Origin: Gloeobacterales cyanobacterium
GTDB taxonomy: Bacteria > Cyanobacteriota > Cyanobacteriia > Gloeobacterales > PMM-0068
Direction: 5' to 3'
NCBI GenBank assembly: GCA_038245785.1
Contig: JBBRSB010000019.1
Span: forward strand, 1 to 64,000
DNA: 64,000 nucleotides
Shown: one piece after another, positions 1 through 8,475 of the stretch
Position numbering within the stretch: the first letter of the stretch is position 1
Layout: every line of letters begins with the position of its first letter
Program-made: the position numbers and the translations under genes
The notes under the pieces: model-generated
Told to the model about the DNA's origin: nothing
What the model saw: only the letters and a program-made list of their open reading frames with translations
Databases searched by the model: none

Positions 1-240
1 CGCTGAGAAGTATCTCCCCCAGCATAGGCATCAACGATTTTTTGGCGTAAGTCCAGAGAGTATGATTTCATTTCTGCTACCGAAAATATACAGGTGTTTA
101 ATGTTTTAGTTATACCTTACTAGCTTGAGAACCGCTATATCTGCACTCGCTATTTCGACACCCTGCTGCTTGCGGCCGGGTAGTTCATTTACTTAGAAGT
201 TTTATTTTTATTAACAAATAGTTTCATAAGGATAAAGAGA

Positions 241-972
241 ATGAGATTTTTTTATATTGTATCTAGTTTAATTGTAGTTCTTTTAGCTTTACCTGTTAGA
301 GCTGCCCCAAGTAAACTTGAGCAAATTTTTGACCCTGATATGTTAGTAGCAGACCGAGCATACCTTGAGCAAGTGACCGGCGTTGCCTGGAGAAGAGAGG
401 AAGATACTAAGACATATAAGGTCGATGGTTGCCTTGTTACAGCTACATATGACAAGAATTCGGTAAGGTCTTTGCGACTGGAGCTTAGTCCTAAATGCAC
501 ATTTGACTTTAATAAGTTCTTGCTAAAAGTCAATCCTTATAACCCTTATCCTAAATTTCCCGCCCTATATCAGACAACTTTTGGACAACTAGAGTCTCTT
601 TCACTCATGGATAAGCAATTCATGACTGACTGTTTATACAGCTGCGGAAACATAGCAGACCCATCTGTTTATGAGTACTTGGCATTTCCTCATGTTAATA
701 ACTTTCTAGAGGTTATGCCTGAAGTTATGTTAGTCGGTGATCCGGCTATAGATGCATCAATCAAATGGGAAAAAGCTATGGTGAAGGCAAAAGGAGAGGA
801 TTGGGTTCTCCAGACCAAATTCAATTGCCAGCTCACGAAGTACGACACTGTAGCCCATAACGCCTTCAAGAAAGTCAGAATCACGGCAATCACAGTTGGA
901 CATAACATCAAGACTCCGGGCCATGGACTTTTAACCCCATGGTCTAGTGCCGATGATTGCAGCGGAGGTTAA
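241..972 (+). CDS. Hypothetical secreted protein
   Basis: 243-aa ORF with an N-terminal signal peptide (MRFFYIVSSLIVVLLALPVRA) and several Cys; AT-rich; no family recognised. Confidence 0.75.
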   Translation: MRFFYIVSSLIVVLLALPVRAAPSKLEQIFDPDMLVADRAYLEQVTGVAWRREEDTKTYKVDGCLVTATYDKNSVRSLRLELSPKCTFDFNKFLLKVNPYNPYPKFPALYQTTFGQLESLSLMDKQFMTDCLYSCGNIADPSVYEYLAFPHVNNFLEVMPEVMLVGDPAIDASIKWEKAMVKAKGEDWVLQTKFNCQLTKYDTVAHNAFKKVRITAITVGHNIKTPGHGLLTPWSSADDCSGG

Positions 973-1222
973 CAGTACCTGTATTTGAAATGCTTATGTA
1001 GAGCATTATGCTAAGTCTACAACTCTTACTGAACGCTGAGCGGCGTGGGGACCTGGAAAGAGAGGACTCCTGAGCTTTGGATTTGTCATTCCTGTGGCAA
1101 TGAGGATTTTATTTCTTGGTGGAGTCGTGGCAGGTCGTCTGATGAGCAATCTTGTTGATCGCCTTAGTGTGATAGCCCTCTTGAGCAACATTTGAAAGCG
1201 CATTCTTTGCTAACAGACAGCT

Positions 1223-1249
1223 ACCTAACGCTCGATAGAGGAGTTAAGC
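1223..1249 (-). mobile_element. Truncated integron attC-like remnant
   Basis: Minus strand reads GCTTAAC-TCCTCTATCGAGC-GTTAGGT: RYYYAAC overlapping the stop codon, then GTTRRRY; only 27 bp. Confidence 0.4.
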
Positions 1250-2026
1250 ATGTTCATGCCAGTGTCGAAAGTACAGGCCTCCAAATTCAACCACAACTTT
1301 CGCATCGCAGAGCAATTGCGGGTGTAGCAACATGGGTCTCGGTGAGTCCTCGCCGGAACCGGAAAAGGAGTGTAAGAAGGTCAAGCAGGATTTGCCAATG
1401 GCTGCTTGCTCTTCCCGGATCTGATCTAGCCGTTCCCAGTCACGTGACTTTATGCACTCGACCTCTTCGTTCTCAAGCTTCTTGTAATGCTCGTCCTCTT
1501 CTACAGTAAACACGGCGGGTGGAATGTAGAGCGGTATGCGATGCGCAAGAGCATCTCGGTAGTTCTTCAAGTAATCGCCATACCACTGGGTTATGTTCAG
1601 AGACTTAAGGTAAGACTCGATTGGCTCAGGCAGGTGCTTCTTGGTCGCTTTGTTGAACAGACCGACATTGCGACGATCGCCAATCTGTGATTCAAGGTTA
1701 TGCCGAAGAACAAAGGCCCATGCCCAGTTGTCGAAGATGCCACATAGATTTATTACGAATGCTTGAAGGTTTATCTGTACATCTGCGCGGGCCTCCTCTA
1801 CCAGAGGTCGTTCGGTCGAGGGAGGAAAGACTTCAAAGACATTCTGAAGGGTTCGTTCGAGTAATTTGACACGGCGTCCAGCGCCATGAAGGAGATGCTC
1901 TTGAACCCGTGGCTCAGCTATTGAATGGCCCTGAACGACGCACTCAAGCAGAAGGCTCTGGAGGCCACTAAGCAACGCCTTGTGCTCGATAAACAGATTG
2001 GAAATCTGGTCAGGGGAATAAACCAT
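1244..2026 (-). CDS. Hypothetical protein with HEPN-like RxxxxH motif (putative RNase)
   Basis: 260-aa mostly helical ORF containing YRDALAH; bounded by attC/attI-like scars. Confidence 0.6.
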   Translation of the reverse strand: MVYSPDQISNLFIEHKALLSGLQSLLLECVVQGHSIAEPRVQEHLLHGAGRRVKLLERTLQNVFEVFPPSTERPLVEEARADVQINLQAFVINLCGIFDNWAWAFVLRHNLESQIGDRRNVGLFNKATKKHLPEPIESYLKSLNITQWYGDYLKNYRDALAHRIPLYIPPAVFTVEEDEHYKKLENEEVECIKSRDWERLDQIREEQAAIGKSCLTFLHSFSGSGEDSPRPMLLHPQLLCDAKVVVEFGGLYFRHWHEHA

Positions 2027-2153
2027 AGGGGGATGGTGAAGTAGATCTCAGAGTGCCTAATCAGTATTTATACTGAATTATTCCACATATCCTCCCTATC
2101 TGGCTGATTAGGTGGATATATTCAGCCTATTCCTGGCACTTTCAAGGATTCCG

Positions 2154-2870
2154 TCACAAAACACTAATCAATACTTCTGGTCCAACAGGGGAGCGGGACT
2201 CTGCTATGGGTTCTGCCGTGACCACCAAACCTGAGACCACTGAACTATAGAGTCCTGGCGGCAGTGGAATTTTTTCTACGGCTTTTCCTCCGGTGGTTTT
2301 AAAACGTCCACAGATAACTTTTTCTCCGTCGACTACAGCCCAGAGATGGTACGTCTGGCTGCCTGATAGAGTGGGGAGGTTTTGTACCGAAAGGACAGCA
2401 TCTTGCTTATCTAGGTCCATCACAATCCCTCCTGAAGCTTTGACGGCAGTACCCGTCCCCCTCAGAGCAAAGAGGCGTGTATTGGGTTGCTGGAGCATGG
2501 CAATAACCCCTTCATCCTGATTGCGTAGACGATAACTATCCAGCCCAAAACCAAGGGCTAAGGCTGCGGCTACCCCTGCTAGAGCCCAACTCCAGCGTAA
2601 AGGGATGGGGCGTCTTGAAGGGCGCGCTTGCTTGGAAGACTGGAACGCTTGAAATTCATTCAAAATTGCTGACTGTACCCGAGGAGGCGGACTGACGGGT
2701 TGCGGGGCATAGGCCATCAGCCCTAGGGAGGTCTGTACTCGTTCTACTTCATCAGTGAGTTCGGGTTGTCGCGCAAGAAGCTGCTCAAGCTCTTCTGCTT
2801 CCGCAGGCTCCAAATTGCCGAGGACATAGCCTGCGATCAATTCTTCTATGTGTTCAGAGGAGGTGGTCAT
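2154..2870 (-). CDS. RskA-family anti-sigma factor
   Basis: N-terminal ASD (ELIAGYVLGNLEPAE), one TM helix, C-terminal RskA-like domain (YHLWAV...VVTAEP...PVGP); directly downstream of the ECF sigma. Confidence 0.9.
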   Translation of the reverse strand: MTTSSEHIEELIAGYVLGNLEPAEAEELEQLLARQPELTDEVERVQTSLGLMAYAPQPVSPPPRVQSAILNEFQAFQSSKQARPSRRPIPLRWSWALAGVAAALALGFGLDSYRLRNQDEGVIAMLQQPNTRLFALRGTGTAVKASGGIVMDLDKQDAVLSVQNLPTLSGSQTYHLWAVVDGEKVICGRFKTTGGKAVEKIPLPPGLYSSVVSGLVVTAEPIAESRSPVGPEVLISVL

Positions 2871-2885
2871 ATCGAGCCATCATGT

Positions 2886-3476
2886 TTATTTATCGTTACC
2901 CAACGAACTTTGTAGTTGCTGCTTCAGTTTTACTAAGCCCAACCGCAACCAACTTTTGACAGTACCCAAAGGAACATTGCATTGCTGTGCAATTTCTACC
3001 TGGCTAACCCCTCCGAAATAAACCATCTCCAAGGCTTGGCGCTGATTTTCAGGAATTTGGCCCAAAGCTTCGCGCACACGCTCTGCACGCTCCTGCAAAG
3101 AAACTTGCTCGAACAGACTGGAAGGCCCTGTGTCCAAGGGCGTAATCTGGCTCCAGCGCTCCAGGAACTTGAGTTTTCTGCCACGGGCGCGCAGTTTGTC
3201 AATAGACCGTGAGCGCGTTAGCGTCGTCAGATAGCTGCCCAGCGCCCCCCGATTAGGGTCATAGGCATCATTCTTCCAGAGGGAAATGAAAATATCCTGA
3301 GTCATGTCTTCTGCCTCCTGGGAGTCCTTCAAAATTTGCAGTGCCAGTCCATAGACAATCGGCGCGTACCTCTGGTAGAGGGCATTCAGCGCGGAGGTTT
3401 GTCCTGCTTTTAGGCCCTGAAAGAGTTGTTGATCCGTAGGAGTGGTCTGTTTTTGACCAGGAACGTCGGAATTCAT
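2886..3476 (-). CDS. ECF (SigK-like) RNA polymerase sigma factor
   Basis: Region 2 (EAEDMTQDIFISLW, RSRSIDKLR) and region 4 (GVSQVEIA...PLGTVKSWLRLGL); ATG at 3476 preferred over the track start at 3506. Confidence 0.93.
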   Translation of the reverse strand: MNSDVPGQKQTTPTDQQLFQGLKAGQTSALNALYQRYAPIVYGLALQILKDSQEAEDMTQDIFISLWKNDAYDPNRGALGSYLTTLTRSRSIDKLRARGRKLKFLERWSQITPLDTGPSSLFEQVSLQERAERVREALGQIPENQRQALEMVYFGGVSQVEIAQQCNVPLGTVKSWLRLGLVKLKQQLQSSLGNDK

Positions 3477-3526
3477 TTGGTTTCCAGAATAAGCCCAAGT
3501 GCACATTCTGATGAGATTCCGTCGTT

Positions 3527-3565
3527 TCTGTTATTGATACGCCAGCCGACCTTACTTAGATCACT
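3527..3565 (-). promoter_or_regulatory. Putative ECF promoter of the sigma/anti-sigma operon (autoregulatory)
   Basis: Minus strand GTGATCT-aagtaaggtcggctg-GCGTA-tcaataa-CAGA; same spacing as the three plus-strand copies. Confidence 0.8.
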
Positions 3566-3605
3566 GGCAGGTTATATAAATTTTTTCATGCCCGTAAATC
3601 CCTGG

Positions 3606-3644
3606 GGTGATCCATCAAGGCTCCTCAAGCGTATCTAGGACAGA
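3606..3644 (+). promoter_or_regulatory. Putative ECF promoter, copy 1
   Basis: ggtgatccatcaaggctcctcaagcgtatctaggacaga, 23 nt upstream of the ATG at 3668. Confidence 0.85.
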
Positions 3645-3667
3645 AATAATAGACAGCGGTGTTGGAG

Positions 3668-3958
3668 ATGACAGTTTTATCCCTATTCAGAAACAAAGTC
3701 GATTTGCTACACCCCATACGCCAATGGATGGAAGCTTTAGCAATGCCGAACCCAAGAGTCGCTCGACTACTCTGTACGCTCATCCCTGCTCAGTGCCCTT
3801 TTGCACGAGATATCAAGTTTGCGGGACACACCTTTTTGCATATCCCGCCCCTATGTAAGTTGAATCCACTTTTTGAACAGTTCGTTAGTCTTCGCTTTCG
3901 AGCTTTATCGTATCTTGCAGATGAATGTGGTGAAGATATAATGCCCTATGTCTCATAA
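3668..3958 (+). CDS. Mo-dependent nitrogenase C-terminal (Mo-nitro_C)-like domain protein of unknown function
   Basis: LCTLIPAQCPFARDI...HIPPLCKLNPLFEQ...LRFRALSYLADECGED matches this cyanobacterial family. Confidence 0.88.
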   Translation: MTVLSLFRNKVDLLHPIRQWMEALAMPNPRVARLLCTLIPAQCPFARDIKFAGHTFLHIPPLCKLNPLFEQFVSLRFRALSYLADECGEDIMPYVS

Positions 3959-4033
3959 ATTAATGGTTTCAACTATAGTAAATTTCTGATTAATAGTAGA
4001 TGAAATATTTTCCTGTTCTTTAGTCTCATCTAT

Positions 4034-4062
4034 GCCCCCCAAGTCTCACAACCTTGGGGGGC
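4034..4062 (+). terminator. GC-rich hairpin, probable terminator
   Basis: gccccccaag / cttggggggc perfect 10-bp stem downstream of the CDS. Confidence 0.55.
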
Positions 4063-4100
4063 TATTACTATGTTTTCTTTACAAAAGAATTTTCTTTTTT

Positions 4101-4139
4101 GGTGATCCATCGAAGCTCCTCTGGCGTAATTAGGTCAGA
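4101..4139 (+). promoter_or_regulatory. Putative ECF promoter, copy 2
   Basis: ggtgatccatcgaagctcctctggcgtaattaggtcaga. Confidence 0.85.
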
Positions 4140-4176
4140 GCTGAGATAAATGCTCATACAAGAAAGAGGAAGAGCA

Positions 4177-4398
4177 ATGAAAGATTCTAATTCGGTAGAT
4201 ACGCAAAGTTTTCTGTACCCTCGCAGTCGCTACTATGGTCAATTTACCCCTGCGAATCTAGTCTTCAATGCTAACCTGCAGGAGTTTTCTCAAAGAGTTG
4301 GTTTCATCACCAGTTTGCAAACGTCTGGCAAGGTTTCTGCTGAAGAAGCTTATAGCCAAATTGAACTGCTTTGGGACCGATTTACTGCTAGTAAATAA
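4177..4398 (+). CDS. Small conserved cyanobacterial protein (FLYP..RYYG.FTP.NLVFNANLQEF family)
   Basis: Recognisable conserved motif; RBS-like GAGGA upstream of ATG 4177; the stop may be premature. Confidence 0.85.
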   Translation: MKDSNSVDTQSFLYPRSRYYGQFTPANLVFNANLQEFSQRVGFITSLQTSGKVSAEEAYSQIELLWDRFTASK

Positions 4399-4469
4399 GC
4401 AGTAGGAATTGGGACCGATACTGCGATGTGAGAATAAGCGTCGGCCGGAGGTAAACCATTTGTAGATTT

Positions 4470-4508
4470 GGTGATCTATCTAAACTCCTCCAGCGTAATT
4501 AGTTCAGA
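4470..4508 (+). promoter_or_regulatory. Putative ECF promoter, copy 3
   Basis: ggtgatctatctaaactcctccagcgtaattagttcaga. Confidence 0.85.
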
Positions 4509-4545
4509 GCTACAAAAAAAGTTTCTCTAAAACTATGGAGTAACC

Positions 4546-4944
4546 ATGAAAACTATGCACAAGATTTCTCTCATAACTATAGCTGGCCTCTTGATGCTGG
4601 CAAGTCCTGTTATCGCTGGAAGTTTTACTACTTTTGCTGTGTCTGCAACAGCAGGTAAAGAAGTCTCCGGACCAGGGCATAGCAATGGAAGTGCCTCCGC
4701 TAATTTAACTCTTAATCCTGAAAGAGAAGAAGTTTGCTTCGAGATTCAAGCTAAGGGCATTGCCTCAGCAACCCTGGCGCATATTCATGCTGGTGCTGCT
4801 GGAATGTCAGGTCCTGTTGTGATTAGTCTCACTGCTCCTACAGAAGGCTTCTCAAAAGGCTGTGCTCGTGCCAGTCGTGAACTTATCCAACAGATTTCCC
4901 AGAATCCTGAGAACTTCTATCTCAACATCGGAGTTCTTAGATAA
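4546..4944 (+). CDS. Secreted CHRD-domain protein, C-terminally truncated
   Basis: Signal peptide; EV..PG, AHIH.G.AG.SGPVV and NPENFYLN motifs; lacks the terminal H...GEIRGQ motif. Confidence 0.8.
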   Translation: MKTMHKISLITIAGLLMLASPVIAGSFTTFAVSATAGKEVSGPGHSNGSASANLTLNPEREEVCFEIQAKGIASATLAHIHAGAAGMSGPVVISLTAPTEGFSKGCARASRELIQQISQNPENFYLNIGVLR

Positions 4945-4974
4945 ACCTTTATTCACTAATTTTGGTAACAGGCC

Positions 4975-5631
4975 ATGGCTAACGCGCTCACTTCCTTAAA
5001 TATGGACAGTTCCAAGCTCATTCTTCAAGATCTCTATCGAGGACGGCCACTTTGGTCTTATCCTGCAGGTAGAAGGATTCCTATTTTCGAAGATGAAATA
5101 GGTATTGTGTATCGCGGCATTGTCCGTACACAGACCTTGCAGCAGGGAGGCGAGGAGTCTATCGTAGGCTTGGTAGGCCCAATGATGCCTGTTTCCCCAA
5201 AATTTACGATGCTCAATTACTATGAAGTCTATGCCTTAACGCCCGTAGAGCTTTTGCGTTTGAAATGGGCCGAAGTCTATAGATCTAATGATTTGATGCG
5301 AGAGCTAAACCGTACCTTGATTCAGCGGCTCCGTCATACTGAAGTATTACTTGATTTAAGGAGTAAACGGCAAATCAGCGAACGTTTGATTGCCTTCTTA
5401 TCCTTCTTAGCTCAAGCATATGGTAACCCAACGCCTCAAGGGGTCCGCTTAGAAATTCAGTTAACCCATCAACAGATGGCTGATGCTATTAATACAACGC
5501 GGGTTACGATCACACGGTTGATGGGAGTACTTAAAAAAGCCTCTATGATTAGAGTCGCCCAAGACCGCACTATTTATGTCATGAGTGAACTATTCAATAG
5601 CCAAGAGTTTAACTTTATAAATAAGAATTGA
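4975..5631 (+). CDS. Crp/Fnr-family transcriptional regulator
   Basis: C-terminal HTH LTHQQMADAINTTRVTITRLM; N-terminal cNMP-like domain. Confidence 0.9.
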   Translation: MANALTSLNMDSSKLILQDLYRGRPLWSYPAGRRIPIFEDEIGIVYRGIVRTQTLQQGGEESIVGLVGPMMPVSPKFTMLNYYEVYALTPVELLRLKWAEVYRSNDLMRELNRTLIQRLRHTEVLLDLRSKRQISERLIAFLSFLAQAYGNPTPQGVRLEIQLTHQQMADAINTTRVTITRLMGVLKKASMIRVAQDRTIYVMSELFNSQEFNFINKN

Positions 5632-5875
5632 TGAGAAGCTAGACACCTTAATCTAGCTTACTTTTCTTCAAAAACTAACTGATAGTTCAGCGAAAGTCAG
5701 ATAGTAGTTATCACTTTAGTTAGGGTGCGATTCAAGACGTTTATCAGATGTTTTCTCAAGTTGAATCTCTACGATGAAGACACTAAACAACAAATCTCAA
5801 TCTTTCAAGGAGAAAAACATGGACAGTAAACAAAGCCTCAAGGGTACTTCCGTACCTAACGGGGGATATCAAGCC

Positions 5876-6448
5876 ATGAAAGCATTTCCAATAACCAGTT
5901 CCTTGCTGCTGCTCGCTTTTTTGCTTGGCCCTGTTGCCCTCTCGGCTGATACTGCTTATGCCCAGAGTCCCGCCCCATGCACAATCCGAACGGTCAATGG
6001 GCACTACCTAACTGCAGCGGGCGGCGGAGGTCTAAACCACCAGGCCATTTACACCGATGCGACCCAGGCTAATGATTTGGAGCACTTCGCGCTGGAAGTC
6101 GTGGGAGGCATTCCGGTCATTAAGACAGTGAATGGCTACTACCTGACCGCAGTAGGTGGCGGTGGGCGTAACTCCGACGTTATTCACACCGATGCAACCC
6201 AGGCGCAGGCCTGGGAGTCGTTGGATTTGGAGTACCTTGGGGTAGCCAGAGACGGCACCTGGTATGCCATCAAGACAGTGAATGGGAATTACCTGACCGC
6301 TGTAGGCGGCGGCGGACACCGTGGAGAGCCCCAGGATACCCTCCACTCCGACGCGACCAAGGTCGACGATTGGGAAAAGTTCAAGGTCTTTTGTCAAGGG
6401 GATGGTGGAGGACTCCCTCAGTGTTTGGTTGGAAGAGTGCTGTGCTAA
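5876..6448 (+). CDS. Secreted fascin-like beta-trefoil repeat protein
   Basis: Signal peptide MKAFPITSSLLLLAFLLGPVALS; three repeats I(R/K)TVNG.YLTA.GGGG...(T/S)DAT. Confidence 0.8.
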   Translation: MKAFPITSSLLLLAFLLGPVALSADTAYAQSPAPCTIRTVNGHYLTAAGGGGLNHQAIYTDATQANDLEHFALEVVGGIPVIKTVNGYYLTAVGGGGRNSDVIHTDATQAQAWESLDLEYLGVARDGTWYAIKTVNGNYLTAVGGGGHRGEPQDTLHSDATKVDDWEKFKVFCQGDGGGLPQCLVGRVLC

Positions 6449-6697
6449 GACGGCCTAGAGATCTCCAGAGAAGCCCATTTAGGGGAGTCTCCAGGCCCCC
6501 TCCGACCTATTCTCCTTGCTTCCCGCCAATACCAATAAGGCCCATGCATCTCCCCACCAGCACATCGACACTGCTCTTTCCCACACCAAATTAACTCCTT
6601 GAAAGAGGTTCATCCATAATGCAGCGTTCAAAACTGGAGCCGTATGGTATTAACTAGTTGAAAACCAACCCGCTCAAGAGTCTGATGCCTATTCCTA

Positions 6698-7321
6698 TTA
6701 AGCCCTAAAGTGCCGGGACCTGGAAACATGTGGATGGCAGGCTGTAGCAGATTCTAAGGACTGGAGAAAATCGAGCTGCGTTATGCACGCTCCCGTCTGT
6801 AAATACTCTATAGCCTTAAGAGCTGACCAGTGAGCATCCCAATCAGAACCTGCACAACAGTCTTCAATCACGTGCAGATGATAATCCCGTTGATGAGCAT
6901 CCGCTGCCGTGTAGTGCACACAAACATTGGTCATAGTCCCGATCAAGATCAGAGTATCCACCTTTAAGCCCTTGAGCAGAATCTCTAAATCGGTCCCAAA
7001 GAAGCAGCTATAGCGCCGCTTGCTAATCACAAATTCGCCATCGATCGGGGCTAACTCAGGATGAATCTCTGTCCCTGGCCAGGTTTCCAAACAATGCACC
7101 GGCTCGGCACCGTCCAGCTCCCGCCCAAAATCCACCATTTCTTTGCGATGCACTTCTTTGGTGTGGATAATCGGCAACCCTGCCTGTCGCGTGGCCGCTA
7201 AGGTCTGTTTGGCCTTGGGGAGCAGCTCATCGGTCCCAGCTAGCGTTAAAGCCCCGCCTATAAAGACGTCAGCTTGTAGATCGATAATCAGTAGAGCGGC
7301 TTTGGAGAGGTCTAGATTCAT
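6698..7321 (-). CDS. Isochorismatase-like cysteine hydrolase
   Basis: ALLIIDLQAD, KRRYSCFFGTDL, TNVCVHYTA catalytic motifs. Confidence 0.92.
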   Translation of the reverse strand: MNLDLSKAALLIIDLQADVFIGGALTLAGTDELLPKAKQTLAATRQAGLPIIHTKEVHRKEMVDFGRELDGAEPVHCLETWPGTEIHPELAPIDGEFVISKRRYSCFFGTDLEILLKGLKVDTLILIGTMTNVCVHYTAADAHQRDYHLHVIEDCCAGSDWDAHWSALKAIEYLQTGACITQLDFLQSLESATACHPHVSRSRHFRA

Positions 7322-7323
7322 AT

Positions 7324-8115
7324 TTAAGATTTTAAGGGAATGAAGTCAGAAGGACAGCCTGGTTTACGCTTGGCTTCCAGATACTCTCCTAAAATTTCTT
7401 GAAAGCGCTTGGGGCCAAAGCTTGTATAGTGGCCGGGGTGAACAACCTCAACAGGCAAGCTTTGCAACCGTTCGTAGGTTTTGCAATAGGTTGGAATATC
7501 ACTGCCTGGTAGTTGATCGAGCAAATCTCCGTCATAGACCACATCTCCAGACAAGAGCAGACGTTGCTTACGGTCATAGAGCGCGATGCAACCGGGGGAG
7601 TGTCCTGGCAGATGCAGCACCTCAAAAGCCCGATTCCCCAAATCCAAAATATCTCCTTCTGCCAAGACCTGAGTTGGTTCTACCGCTTTCAAGGTGTACT
7701 GAAGGGCGGTGAAGCCAGGATAGGGCAGTTGCTGAAAGTGTTCATCGAGCACCCAGCCAGACTGGGGGTCACAAAGCGCCGCCTCCTGATCACCTTGACG
7801 CAGGGCTTCTGCTTCTTGATGATGAATAGCAACTTCGTCAAATTCATGCAGGCCCCCTGCATGGTCGAAATGAACATGGGAAGCAACCGCCAAAAGGGGT
7901 TTATCAATTAGAGAAGCAATATGTTGTCTCAGACTCGCTACACCTAAGCCAGTATCAATGAGCAAATCCTGTTTCTGTCCTTTGATCAGCCATATATTGG
8001 CGCGATTCCACTCCCAATAATGAATTTCCTGGATGCAGTAGAGGTCATCCTGCACTTTTCGCGTGGCGAACCATTGTTCAGCCGTAGGTTTTGAGGGTAG
8101 CTCCAACCTGTTCAC
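7324..8115 (-). CDS. Metallo-beta-lactamase-fold hydrolase
   Basis: SHVHFDHAGG, PGHSPG, SGD and PGH motifs. Confidence 0.92.
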   Translation of the reverse strand: MNRLELPSKPTAEQWFATRKVQDDLYCIQEIHYWEWNRANIWLIKGQKQDLLIDTGLGVASLRQHIASLIDKPLLAVASHVHFDHAGGLHEFDEVAIHHQEAEALRQGDQEAALCDPQSGWVLDEHFQQLPYPGFTALQYTLKAVEPTQVLAEGDILDLGNRAFEVLHLPGHSPGCIALYDRKQRLLLSGDVVYDGDLLDQLPGSDIPTYCKTYERLQSLPVEVVHPGHYTSFGPKRFQEILGEYLEAKRKPGCPSDFIPLKS

Positions 8116-8148
8116 CTCAAAAGCGCTGAAGTTAGAATTGCTACTAAG

Positions 8149-8472
8149 TTACATGCCCAACATAAATCTGGCGAGTTCGGACATTCGGCTGCGGTCCCAG
8201 GTAGGCTCCCAAACCAAGGTGACCTGAGCGGAAGTGACTCCAGGGACTTCGCGGATCTTGGCTTCCACTTCCGGCGGTAACGTGCCAGCAACAGGACAAC
8301 CGGGAGCGGTAAGCGTCATATCTACTTTGACGTTGCCTTCTGCATCAATATCGAGGGTATAGACCAATCCTAACTCGTAGATATTGACGGGGATTTCTGG
8401 GTCATAAACGGTCTTCAAGGCTTCGATGACCCGTTCTTCGAGGGTGGTGTTGGTGTCCAGTTGGGTATTCAT
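8149..8472 (-). CDS. sufT: SUF-system Fe-S assembly protein, DUF59/SufT-like
   Basis: DPEIPVNIYELGL, MTLTAPGCPVA. Confidence 0.88.
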   Translation of the reverse strand: MNTQLDTNTTLEERVIEALKTVYDPEIPVNIYELGLVYTLDIDAEGNVKVDMTLTAPGCPVAGTLPPEVEAKIREVPGVTSAQVTLVWEPTWDRSRMSELARFMLGM

Positions 8473-8475
8473 CGC

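Noticed and set aside
2055..2113. 59-nt inverted-repeat-bounded segment as an intact attC
   Set aside because: The ends read AAT/ATT rather than AAC/GTT, and the inner L boxes do not pair
3668..3958. Evidence for nitrogen fixation
   Set aside because: The Mo-nitro_C family name is historical; there are no nif genes in the window, and sufU/sufS belong to SUF
3606..4508. Three 39-nt repeats as a CRISPR array
   Set aside because: Copies are about 370-500 nt apart, separated by whole genes, degenerate, and have no cas genes nearby; they fit promoters
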